Positions 46,600-56,451 of a stretch of DNA of 64,000 nt are shown in pieces. The translations under genes were made by a program, and so were the position numbers. The notes under the pieces were generated by a model that saw nothing but the letters and a program-made list of their open reading frames with translations, did not search any database and was not told where the DNA came from. The stretch is from a virus. Its lineage: Duplodnaviria; Caudoviricetes. Position 1 is the first letter of the stretch; each line of letters starts with the position of its first letter. The stretch is from positions 1 to 64,000 of the IMG/VR virus record IMGVR_UViG_3300020576_005620. One strand, 5' to 3'.

Positions 46600-49431
46600 A
46601 TGGAGACCTATGTAGAACTAGACCCCAACCATCTTTGGTCGGAACCTGAAAAAGTAACTTTAGAAAATCTATTTGTAGAAGAAGATTATCTATGGGCTGA
46701 GTATAAATCAGAAGCATTTCTTGTAATTATGAAGCTGGATTATTGTGCTTTATACCATGAAAAAATAGTCTTATTTAAGGGAGATTACTACTTTTGTACT
46801 ATTGATACTAGAAAATATCTTAATGGTGAAGTAAATGATGTTGAACTTAAGGCTATATAATGGAGTTACCACCAACTAACGATACTTTTTCTGTGGAAGA
46901 ATTGATAGAAAAAGGTATCTTTATTAGTCCTTTTGGGTTAATAACTAGAAAAGATAGAGAAACATTGTTTTTACATCACCTTTCTTCTCGTAAAACTAAT
47001 AACAGTTTTGACTTACTAGTAAGAGTTTCTGAAGAACAAAATGTTGTTAGAAGTGTAGGCTGTAACTATAAAAATATGAAGAAATACCAGAATAAAATAG
47101 TTTTCTTTAAAGGTTCTCCTTATATTTTTTCATCTGAGGGACCTACCTATCATGGGTTTCATTCAATCTCCCTAGAACCTATATGATTAACTTAGAAGAC
47201 TATGCAGATTCTTTTGTTGTCTCAAGCGTGTCACTTCATCCAATACCTTTGATTCCTTCTAACTTTGAAATATCAGAGGGGAGTTTTATGCGGGTAAGAG
47301 ATAAACTTGGAATTTTTGATATACTTCTAATTCTCAATATAGACCCAAACTTCCAAAAGTTTAATGGGCAAGTTGTTTCTTTTAAAGATGCTCCTTATTT
47401 CGTTTCTTTGGAAAAGTATAAAGGATTTATACCTATAATTAATCAAATGGATCCTTCTGTGACTGGTTATATGTTAAAATTAGAGGCTGTGTAATGGACA
47501 TAATAGAACTGAACATTAAACATCTTGAGTGCCAATCTAATCGTCTTTTTACTCTTGATGACCTTTCTATTGACCCCTCTACTGGCCAGCTTACGTACTA
47601 TACCGGTATTACCCGTTTTATAGTAAACATAGGCACTAATTTTACTTTTCTTTACAACGGCAAAATTGTTTTCTTTAAAGAAGTAGCCTATTTTTGCACT
47701 ACTTCTAAAATTCCACTCAAACTATGTGGTATTACTGCCCTTAGAGGGTGCACAAGGTTTTCTCCGATTTGACATGGAAGACTTTTTTGATTACTTAGAC
47801 TTTCTTTTTATAGAGATCCGGGCTCAGGATAATGAAGATCACTTTGGTTTTACAAAACTTGTCTCTCTTTCAACACATATTTATGTATCTGAGGGTGGCT
47901 ACAAGGGTGCAGCTAATATAAGATTTAGAGTTATATACAATATTCACCCCTCAAAAGCCTTTTTGTTTTCTTATTACAGAGTTGGTGAAGCAGAGAGTGG
48001 TTACTTTGTCTGTACAGATTCTGATCATTATCTCCTATTCCATGGAAAAGTTTTTAGTGTTAGGAATAAACCATACATAGTTGTGTGTGAAGAAGACACT
48101 GTTGCTAAAATGTATTACTTTTATTTAGAGGCTATATAGTGTCAATAATACAATTAGATGTAAGACATCTTCAGTGTTACAATTATAATTTTTACACCCT
48201 TAAAGACCTTATTATTGATCCTAATACCTGGCATCTTTACTGCTGTATGGGGAGAAGTCGTTTAATTATATCTATAAGCAATCCATATACAGAGCTATAC
48301 CATAGTAAAGTTGTCATCTTTAGGGGGCAACATTACTTATGTAATGTTATGAAAACAAAAAACCAGCTTGGTAGTTTTGATGTTAATACGACTTTTTACG
48401 TAATCTGATTATGGAAGATTTTTTTCGACTACTTAACCTATCTCTATATAGAGTATCAGTATGATGAGGACTGTCCTGCTTTTGCAAAATTGGATTTGTT
48501 AGCAGACTCTAGTTATGTTTCTATAGGAGGGTATAGAGAATGTGTTAATTTATGGTTTTCATCACATAGAAATAATATTATTAAGAAAACCTTTCTAAAA
48601 GCTTACTATAAACCTGGAAAAATACAAGGATACTATGTCTGTACATATTTTAAGTACTGTCACATATTCCACGGAAAAATTTTTAGCATTAAAGGTATAC
48701 CATATTTAGTTCAATGTGAAGAGAATGTTATAGATAATATGTATTACCTTTGTATAGAGGCTGTTTAATATGTCCTGTATTAATATCAATCCTTCTCATT
48801 TTTTTATAGTGTTTAATTGTAAGCCCCCACAGATAGAGAATATTTTTATCAATGAACAGGGGTATCTTAGAACTAATTCTACTGGTATTAATAATAGAAT
48901 ATTTCTTAATCCTCTGTTTGTCTCTCATTATGACAAGAAGATAGTTTCCTTTAATCGCAGTTCTTACTATTGTTCAGTACAGACTACTTATCAAAGTTTA
49001 CTTGACTTTGTTGTTCTTACAAGAAATCCATACTACTATCTTAAGTTAGAAGAAATATGAACGAAGAACAACTATTCAATTCGTTTGATGCACAGGAACT
49101 AAAGCAATTTTTAAAACTATGTCAACTTCCTGTGGATAAAAAAGTTCAAAAAGAAGATTTTAAAGTATATGATGAGTACTTTGATCCCTGGCCCTTCTTA
49201 TCAGGAAGGTTTCTAAGAATTTTCATTAATAACTCAACTGTCTCTGATTTATGGGGCACACCAGTAGTTCCACAAAGTATTGCTAAGGCTTTGCAAAATA
49301 AGGTTATTTTTTTAAATGGTATTCCGTTCTATGTAAAAACTATTGCAACTGCGGAACCAAGTAATTTGCGTGATTTAGAGTCAAGTGAACGTTGTCGTTC
49401 CTTCTACTCTGTAACAGTAGAAGAAATTTAA
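46600..49431 (+). repeat. Tandem array E of the small orphan paralog family (9 ORFs: 46600, 46860, 47183, 47494, 47774, 48139, 48411/48490, 48770, 49057)
   Basis: Shared C-terminal (Y/F).(G/N)K(I/V)V.FKG..Y......L(E/K)(A/P/E)(I/V). Confidence 0.8.
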
Positions 49432-49651
49432 CTATTAAAGAGGTTCTATAGTAATGAGTATAATGATATGTAGTACATGTGACAGACAACCAGACACAGA
49501 TTTCCAAGATTTTGATTATTCTACAATGCAGTGTGAACAATGCATTTCAAAGGGGGTAGAACCTGTAGAATTTCATCCTGAATATAAATCTTAAGTTCTT
49601 TATAAAACAAAACAGATTTAAAAACTTTCCTAAAAGGAATTTAGAAAATAC

Positions 49652-49987
49652 ATGAAACGAATCCAACATAATGGAACTGAATATTCAGTTACCTTTACTT
49701 ATGAGCGGAAAGTGACTAAGAAGAAGGTTCGAGGCAAGGTTGCACCAACCGATCTCGAGCGTACTACTTGCACAATTCTTGAAGGTCAAATTGGGTCTAA
49801 GGATACTGAAAAGACTGTTGCTCATAAAGGCAGCTGTTCTCAGTTTATCAAAGACAACCCTAATAGAAATGTCGGAAGACATGAGTCTTTATCTAAGGCG
49901 TTGAGTAATGTACCAAATGGTCCAGAACTTCGTAAAGCAATTATTGAAGGTCTTAAACTAAGATCTTCAGGTTGTTCTACGGAATAA
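49652..49987 (+). CDS. Conserved phage hypothetical protein
   Basis: AAAGGA RBS; T.C.I......G.C.....D..NR..GR..SL.KAL motif. Confidence 0.55.
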   Translation: MKRIQHNGTEYSVTFTYERKVTKKKVRGKVAPTDLERTTCTILEGQIGSKDTEKTVAHKGSCSQFIKDNPNRNVGRHESLSKALSNVPNGPELRKAIIEGLKLRSSGCSTE

Positions 49988-49999
49988 GGACACTAGTTA

Positions 50000-50338
50000 A
50001 TGAACATTTCATCAGAAGTAAAAAGCCTAAGAGAATTTTTGGACAGTACAGATCTTTCTGTTAGAGACGCAGCTCACGCAATGGGCCTCCATAGAGATAC
50101 TATCTATAGTTGGTTTAGAAAGGGTGCTGTGCCGAAGCCAGAAAATATTGCCCAAATTAGAAGTTTCGTTGTTGGTAGTAAGAGCTCCAAATCAGAGACT
50201 GTATCTTCAGCTTCTGCAGCCCCTAAAAAGGCTACTTCTCCAGCCCCTTCCAAATCAACAAGAGCTCTGCTAAATGAAGCTAAACAGCTCACAAGCAGAC
50301 TTCACGAAATTTACTCTATCTTAGAATACAACAGCTGA
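50000..50338 (+). CDS. XRE/Cro-type HTH DNA-binding protein
   Basis: LSVRDAAHAMGLHRDTIYSWFR.G..P. Confidence 0.8.
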   Translation: MNISSEVKSLREFLDSTDLSVRDAAHAMGLHRDTIYSWFRKGAVPKPENIAQIRSFVVGSKSSKSETVSSASAAPKKATSPAPSKSTRALLNEAKQLTSRLHEIYSILEYNS

Positions 50339-50366
50339 TAAGAGTGTAAAAAAATCATATAATCTA

Positions 50367-50885
50367 ATGACTTCCACAACTACTACTGAACCACAATATC
50401 AACAGCTGATTGCAGAGTTGATGACTCTTGCTGGCTCACCCTCTCACGCTCCATACGTTGAGAGGGTGCCTGTAAGGTTGAAAGAGGCCTTTGAAGGTAA
50501 AGACATTATTCCTCTTGATACTTGGCTGGTCCAAGCAGCACTTGGAAACCTTCTAGCAGTTAAACCTCTTTCCCCGAGTCTTGATCCTACTACTATGAAT
50601 CAAGAAGTTATTGAAAGTGGTTTTCACGATCAGAAAACCATACAACAACTAGCAAACCTGGGTGTTGAATCTGGTCTTTTCACACCAACAAAAGCGGATG
50701 TTGGACTGTCTCCTGCAGACTTAATTGTCCAAGATCCTTCATTACTAGGAGCAGCTAATGCTTTCCGGGAAAAATATCTCTCTACTTTTGCAGCATATGT
50801 TAAGGAGGATGATCCAGACCCTATAAGTGTTAGATTGATTGAACTAGCTCATATTCTTAAAACTAATGGGTATTCACCTAGCTAG
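50367..50885 (+). CDS. Hypothetical protein
   Basis: 172-aa ORF. Confidence 0.55.
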   Translation: MTSTTTTEPQYQQLIAELMTLAGSPSHAPYVERVPVRLKEAFEGKDIIPLDTWLVQAALGNLLAVKPLSPSLDPTTMNQEVIESGFHDQKTIQQLANLGVESGLFTPTKADVGLSPADLIVQDPSLLGAANAFREKYLSTFAAYVKEDDPDPISVRLIELAHILKTNGYSPS

Positions 50886-50920
50886 TTTTAAATGACTAAT
50901 TCGTCAATCGTTCCAAGTAA

Positions 50921-51460
50921 ATGATAACGAACGAAACGAAAACTACCGGAAATTCACGAAGATATTACGTCAAGCCTAAGACTGGATCATTGACTGCCTC
51001 TTTCAGAGGTGAAAATGGTTTTGAAGATGCTGGACAGTTTAATTCTGTAAGTGGTAACCTGGTGTATGTCACTATTGTCAGAGACCCTGGTACGCAGAAA
51101 AGTAAAACTACCAAGGGATATGACGCTTACGATGCTCTTCAAATTCTTCTAGTTGATGAAACTACTAAAGAAGAATATGTAATTAGAAGTGATGTAAAGA
51201 GAACCTTTGCATGGCTTTTAGCTTCTAGACTTGCTGGTGTTAAAGCTGGTGATTTGGTGAAGCTAACCACAAGACCTGGAGACAAAGAAGAGGTAACTCT
51301 TCCAACACTTTATGTCTTTAGCGAAGTTACTGAAGAGTGGGTACGCGTAGAAGCTGAACAATTTCCTGAAGGTAGGGATGAGAAAGTAGCTCTCGGAATA
51401 CAGAGAGTTAAAGAACATCCTTCCTATAAGGACTTTGATGAACCTGCTACAAGTGCCTAG
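50921..51460 (+). CDS. Hypothetical beta-rich protein, possibly ssDNA-binding
   Basis: OB-like beta pattern, acidic tail, own terminator; function is a guess. Confidence 0.35.
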   Translation: MITNETKTTGNSRRYYVKPKTGSLTASFRGENGFEDAGQFNSVSGNLVYVTIVRDPGTQKSKTTKGYDAYDALQILLVDETTKEEYVIRSDVKRTFAWLLASRLAGVKAGDLVKLTTRPGDKEEVTLPTLYVFSEVTEEWVRVEAEQFPEGRDEKVALGIQRVKEHPSYKDFDEPATSA

Positions 51461-51473
51461 TCTATAAGACTAC

Positions 51474-51496
51474 AAAGGGGGTGAAAACCCCCTTTT
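51474..51496 (+). terminator. Intrinsic terminator
   Basis: AAAGGGGGT-GAAA-ACCCCCTTTT. Confidence 0.8.
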
Positions 51497-51509
51497 AGGA
51501 ATAAAAGAT

Positions 51510-52019
51510 ATGATGAATGTTTTAATTGTCGCTGCACTCGTTTTGAATTTTCAGAACTCTGCAGTCGAAGTAAAGGGTCAAGAAATTGACCAAGCAGCTA
51601 AGAAACAAATTGTTTCTCTCTTCCCCGGTACGAAAGCACCGCCTAAACAAACTCCTTTACAGGAAAAGTACAGGTCCTTTCTAAAGGGAGATGTCAATGC
51701 TGTCAAACCAAGAATTATGAATTCTACTGCCTACCTTCCCACAGATGGTTCTTCAAGAAGTCTTACTGCTTCTGGTAGAACTGCTAGAAGAGGCATTATT
51801 GCAGTAGACCCAAGACAAATTCCCATGCATTCTCTAGTTTATGTAGAGAATTATGGATGGGCTGTTGCGGGGGATACAGGTGGGGCAATCAAGGGAAACA
51901 TTATTGATGTTTGTATTGAGAGCAGATCCTCTTGTATGAATTGGGGTAGAAGAAAAGTTAAAGTTTGGGTGTATCCACAAAAAATTACTTCTGACCTGAA
52001 AAGAAGAAAAACACGCTAA
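51510..52019 (+). CDS. Secreted 3D-domain (MltA-like) cell-wall protein
   Basis: STAY, TASG, IIAVDPR.IP, YGWAVAGDTGGAIKGN.IDV, WGRR.V.V. Confidence 0.9.
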   Translation: MMNVLIVAALVLNFQNSAVEVKGQEIDQAAKKQIVSLFPGTKAPPKQTPLQEKYRSFLKGDVNAVKPRIMNSTAYLPTDGSSRSLTASGRTARRGIIAVDPRQIPMHSLVYVENYGWAVAGDTGGAIKGNIIDVCIESRSSCMNWGRRKVKVWVYPQKITSDLKRRKTR

Positions 52020-52053
52020 TATATGGGGAGACTTCTCCCCATTAAAATTACTT

Positions 52054-52989
52054 ATGAAAATCCTGAAATTTAACGAGTTCAACAAATTTATTAGTCTTTT
52101 CAAATGCCACGCTGAAACAAAACAACTTCCTACTTTTTCTCAAGCTCAAGCTCATTGTAAGGATTTAACTGAAGAGTCTTATAAAGAAATTATGTTGGAC
52201 CTCGCACTTACCAACATGTCTGCGTCAAGAACTTCTTGGGCTCTATTGAAAAATATAGAAACTTTTGGTTCTCTATCCTATTCTAAGGATTTCGAACCTG
52301 AGATTGGAAAATTATCTATTCTGGATCTTTATGAGCATAGTACGGTTTCAAGTAATCATATTTCTCATAGATCTTACTTCTTGCAAGCTAACGAAGATAT
52401 TTCCACCATGGCTTTAAATGTATCCAATATAAAAAGAAGAATAGAAAAACAGCTGATATTCTCAGGTGTTACAATTGTATCTATTTATTTTGGTACTTTT
52501 AAACAAACTGCCTCTGTCTTTCCAGACTATCAAAAAGAACACTCTATGTATTCTCAGGTGTTTGGCGGCGTTCCTTACATGTTAAATGAAGCAGATGGTG
52601 GTTATTACAGTTATCTAGGCCCGGCATTTTTGGTTGAGTTCCAAATGGAGCTTGAAGATGGACGAAAAACACGTCAAACAGTTTGTGTAACTACTATTGA
52701 ATTGGTAAATGAGGTTATTAAACGCTACCCGAACTACTACCAAAAAACTGGGTACCCACATTCTAACCACGATGTAATTGCTCTTTGTACAGACTATTGT
52801 GAAAGAGAAGAACTACCGGGTGCAGTTGACGGACAGTTAACAAACATTTTTTCCAACCCTAGAAGCTTAACACAATGGTTTCTTAGTTCTTGCCTGTTGG
52901 CTCAGGCACAAAAAGGAAACAAACTTAAAGGTTTAGATGTAAGTAATTCTTCAAAGGTAAAGAGGCTGAAGGAACTGCTTGATGTATAG
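52054..52989 (+). CDS. Hypothetical protein, paralog 1 of a Cys-motif trio
   Basis: C-terminal YCER..LPG..DG.L..IFS.P.SL..W...GL...K...LKELL. Confidence 0.55.
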   Translation: MKILKFNEFNKFISLFKCHAETKQLPTFSQAQAHCKDLTEESYKEIMLDLALTNMSASRTSWALLKNIETFGSLSYSKDFEPEIGKLSILDLYEHSTVSSNHISHRSYFLQANEDISTMALNVSNIKRRIEKQLIFSGVTIVSIYFGTFKQTASVFPDYQKEHSMYSQVFGGVPYMLNEADGGYYSYLGPAFLVEFQMELEDGRKTRQTVCVTTIELVNEVIKRYPNYYQKTGYPHSNHDVIALCTDYCEREELPGAVDGQLTNIFSNPRSLTQWFLSSCLLAQAQKGNKLKGLDVSNSSKVKRLKELLDV

Positions 52990-53629
52990 CATTGGGATAA
53001 ACGGTTACTTCTTTCCACTAGAAGAGAAGAATGACTTAGAAAATAAAAGCTTTCAGGATTTGTTAGCTAAGAAATTGGAAATTTTTCCAGTTAGTATAGA
53101 ATCTGTTACTCGTGGGTTTTATATTCAACTCTTCAATACTTTATCAGAGTATGAAGAATCATTCTATCCATCTGAATCTAAGAGAAGAAAGCTTTATAAG
53201 TCTTTGTATAAGCACATAAATCGCAAAGATTTTGAGAATTTTCATGTTGATTATGAGGGAAATGATTTTGGTTACCAATATTTTTCTTCGGCTTTTGATG
53301 TTAAGTTAGTATGTGAAAAAAGATTCTTTAATGTAATTGTTGCAACTAAAGAAGACATTAATCTTTACTTAACAGAATATGAGAAACCAGAAAACTACAC
53401 TATACCGAGTGATACAGTATTTGTCGCATCTACATGGTGCCAAAGATGTTCCTATCCTGGTTCTGAAGATGGGGATATAATGAGCATTTTCTCAGATCCA
53501 ATGTCTGTTGAAACATGGATTATGAATCACGCCCTTCCAAAACTCCAAAGAGATGGATTAACTGTTCCTGGTCTAGAGACATCTTCTAGGGCAAACATAA
53601 GCAAACTTAAAAAACTACTTGAAACCTAA
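52979..53629 (+). CDS. Hypothetical protein, paralog 2 of a Cys-motif trio
   Basis: WCQR..YPG..DG.I..IFS.P.SV..W...PGL...KLKKLL. Confidence 0.55.
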   Translation: MMYSIGINGYFFPLEEKNDLENKSFQDLLAKKLEIFPVSIESVTRGFYIQLFNTLSEYEESFYPSESKRRKLYKSLYKHINRKDFENFHVDYEGNDFGYQYFSSAFDVKLVCEKRFFNVIVATKEDINLYLTEYEKPENYTIPSDTVFVASTWCQRCSYPGSEDGDIMSIFSDPMSVETWIMNHALPKLQRDGLTVPGLETSSRANISKLKKLLET

Positions 53630-53721
53630 ATTGTAAGATATGAAACTATGTATATATCAAGGAGAGTGCATATGGTAGACGTTAGGTAGGACTTAGTTTC
53701 CTACCGTTCCGAAAAAATACC

Positions 53722-54213
53722 ATGACAAACGAAGCACGCGTTCTTCTTAATTCATCACAGATTGGTCCTGACTGCATGGTCCTGATCAACCTCTCAAACA
53801 ACGACAACTCTAGCAAGAGAATCAACGTAAACGAAAGTATTACGCTGAAGGATCTTGGTCTGGGTGGCGGTTCTACCGCACAGGCCCCTAACTGGGCTGA
53901 CGCTCAGGCAAAGATGACCGTTGTTTGTGCAAACCCAGCTCTGTCAGCTTCTGAAAAGGCTGCTGCTGTGCAACAGATTACGAAGGACTTCACCGACGCT
54001 AGCGCCAAGTACCAGGAGGTAAATGGCGGTAACATCACCGACATGGTTGCTGTAAAGGCAGCCTCTTTCATCTGCGAAAAGTACGGCTTTTCGTCAACCG
54101 ATAAGGACGGTACTGTTGTCCTGAAGGCCGAAAACCTTCTTGTTTCAACAATGATTACTCCTAAGGGCGAACTGCTCTTCAGTGTCACCGGCACTGCTGT
54201 TTGGGGTAAGTAA
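53722..54213 (+). CDS. Putative ubiquitin-like (beta-grasp) protein with a helical insertion
   Basis: MVLINLS...SKRINVNESITLKDL N-terminal pattern; C-terminal strand LLFSVTGTAVWG-K; GC-richer codons and its own terminator. Confidence 0.35.
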   Translation: MTNEARVLLNSSQIGPDCMVLINLSNNDNSSKRINVNESITLKDLGLGGGSTAQAPNWADAQAKMTVVCANPALSASEKAAAVQQITKDFTDASAKYQEVNGGNITDMVAVKAASFICEKYGFSSTDKDGTVVLKAENLLVSTMITPKGELLFSVTGTAVWGK

Positions 54214-54217
54214 TCTT

Positions 54218-54246
54218 TTTGGCTGGGGGAAACCCCAGCCAAATTT
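54218..54246 (+). terminator. Intrinsic terminator
   Basis: TTTGGCTGGGG-GAAA-CCCCAGCCAAA followed by TTT. Confidence 0.8.
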
Positions 54247-54265
54247 CTATTTTTTATAAACCCAA

Positions 54266-55702
54266 ATGAAAACTATTGACCTTAAGGAAAAACTTCAGAA
54301 TTTCAAAGAAAACCACTTCTGGGGGGCTCCGACATATAATACAAGAGCTTTGTCATCAGGTGGTTATTCTTTCGCTTTAACCCTACCTAAAGAATTTGTT
54401 GAGAAAAAGTTTGGAATTCCTAGTGTACTAGCTGCTAGGTTTTATTCTCAAAACGCACCCTCTGGACGAGTTAATCTACATAACCTAGATCTTTCTCATA
54501 TTTCCGTGGAGGAGGGTGTATGTAAGGTTAAAAAGCCGACTCAAAAACCAAACCTTACACCACAAAACTACTCAGCAATAAGAGAAGAATTTATTGAGAA
54601 ATTCCCCGAGGCAAATGTTTCTCAATTCTTAAACATTATTTCTCCATATGCAAATTCAAGCTATGCTTCAATTTTTGTAAACTGGATAGTAGAAAACTAC
54701 ACGTCTCAAACTTCTTCAGAAGTTTCTGAAGAATTGGATTTTCAAAATGATATGATTTCTAAGGAAAATCCTGGTTTCAGAGTAAGATTTAGAAAGAAGT
54801 CACATGATACTGGTTCTGAAGTCTACAGTGTAGGTGCAGAAATTGTTAATCTTATCACTGAAATCTTTGGTGTTTCTAATTACTACGTCTCTAGTTATCT
54901 ACAAACAAAAACAAAAGTAAATCCGCTTGCTGTAAGTCCCCTGGATCTTAAGTCATTTAGGGTTCCAAAGCCTGGTGAGCTTACAGACAAACAAATTAGT
55001 GAATATCTTTCTCTACCAGCACGAAGAATCTCAAGCTGGGTTACTGTGTATTCACATAAATGTGAACTTGATTTTGAAGAAAGAGAAAGGGTTCTTGAAA
55101 TTGTAAAACAAGAACTAGCTTTGGTTCCTGATGTAGAAGTTACTGACATCTCTCAAAGATACATTATGTATGTATCTGACGAATCAGGTGAAAAGAGATG
55201 GGAGCTTACGCAGGATGCCTTCAATCACCCTAAATTTGGCAAGAAGATCTTTGAAAATACAAAGATGGCTGGCCATGATGTAAGTGGAAGCGTAGTCAGT
55301 CCTGCAGTAATTTACATTGGCAGGGCATGGGCTGTTCACTATACTGTTGGTGGTCTTGATCCTTTAGCTGGAAACCACGTTCTTGTTGCTACTGAAGAAC
55401 AAGTAAGAGAAGCTTTTAGTCAATATAGACCTGACCTTCTTCCTAGCGATTGGAAACCATGGGCTCCGCTTATGTATATTGCCAATCCTCAGTGGTGTGA
55501 ACGAAATGGTTCTCATAACTATCATCGAGGCTACGACCTATCTTCACCTATGCAGAGAAGAAACTCCCTTCTTACTTGGACACTAGGTTCTCTTGCTAGC
55601 AGGTACAGAGAAAAGACTGGTAGTGAGCTTCCAGGTATTATGACAACTAATGGTGTCAGTAATAAAGCTAAGCTCGCTAAACTAGAACAACTATTGAAAT
55701 AA
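54266..55702 (+). CDS. Hypothetical protein, paralog 3 of a Cys-motif trio
   Basis: PLMYIANPQWCER...SLLTW.L...PGI...KL.KLEQLL; IYIGRAW.V matches YLGPAF.V of 52054. Confidence 0.55.
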   Translation: MKTIDLKEKLQNFKENHFWGAPTYNTRALSSGGYSFALTLPKEFVEKKFGIPSVLAARFYSQNAPSGRVNLHNLDLSHISVEEGVCKVKKPTQKPNLTPQNYSAIREEFIEKFPEANVSQFLNIISPYANSSYASIFVNWIVENYTSQTSSEVSEELDFQNDMISKENPGFRVRFRKKSHDTGSEVYSVGAEIVNLITEIFGVSNYYVSSYLQTKTKVNPLAVSPLDLKSFRVPKPGELTDKQISEYLSLPARRISSWVTVYSHKCELDFEERERVLEIVKQELALVPDVEVTDISQRYIMYVSDESGEKRWELTQDAFNHPKFGKKIFENTKMAGHDVSGSVVSPAVIYIGRAWAVHYTVGGLDPLAGNHVLVATEEQVREAFSQYRPDLLPSDWKPWAPLMYIANPQWCERNGSHNYHRGYDLSSPMQRRNSLLTWTLGSLASRYREKTGSELPGIMTTNGVSNKAKLAKLEQLLK

Positions 55703-55710
55703 AGAACAAA

Positions 55711-56451
55711 ATGTATAAACTAATTGTAGTAGGGGCTGGCTCTCTTGGCGAAGACTTCTGTATTGAAGCTGCCAGGAGAGCTTTTGCTCAACAAATGCCA
55801 CTTCAAATAACACTTATTGATTTCGACACTATTGAAGAGAGAAATCTGGCTTCTCAAGGATTCCTTCCTTCAGAAGTTGGAACTTTGAAAGCAGAGAGCG
55901 TTATCAACCGAATATCACAGTTTCCTCTTATTACTGCGAAAGCAGTAACAGAAAAGGTTACTGAGGAGAATTGGGAGTCCCTACTGGAAGTAGATGAGAA
56001 TACAACTATTGTTGACGTAGTAGATAACTATCCTACTCGTGTTCTTCTATGGACAGCTGGACAGGCTCTTAATGTTCCAGTATTGCACGCAGGAATGGCT
56101 ACTGATGGAAATGGCCAAGTAAGTTGGAATTATAAAGAAATGGATTCCTTCTCGTTGTCTCCTAAAAATACTTCACCTGATATGCAGGCTAAGTTGAAGG
56201 AGGCACCTGATGTTAAACTTCCTCCGTGCCAGCTTAATGCTTTTAGGCAGTTGATTAGAAATACAGCCATGGCTGCAGTCACTGCTTACTTTATCTCCAT
56301 TGGTTGTGACAACACTAAGACTTTTATGAGTGATGGTGAAAATGTTGCAGAAAGAGGCCTTTTCTCTACTTGGAAGACAAGTATTAATTCTATGAACTAC
56401 TGGAAAGAAATGACTTTCTACATTGACCCTAATGGAGCACCAAGTGAGTAA
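55711..56451 (+). CDS. ThiF/E1-like adenylating enzyme
   Basis: VVGAGSLG, LIDFDTIEERNLASQ, GTLKA, DVVDN..TR; candidate catalytic Cys in LPPCQL. Confidence 0.9.
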   Translation: MYKLIVVGAGSLGEDFCIEAARRAFAQQMPLQITLIDFDTIEERNLASQGFLPSEVGTLKAESVINRISQFPLITAKAVTEKVTEENWESLLEVDENTTIVDVVDNYPTRVLLWTAGQALNVPVLHAGMATDGNGQVSWNYKEMDSFSLSPKNTSPDMQAKLKEAPDVKLPPCQLNAFRQLIRNTAMAAVTAYFISIGCDNTKTFMSDGENVAERGLFSTWKTSINSMNYWKEMTFYIDPNGAPSE

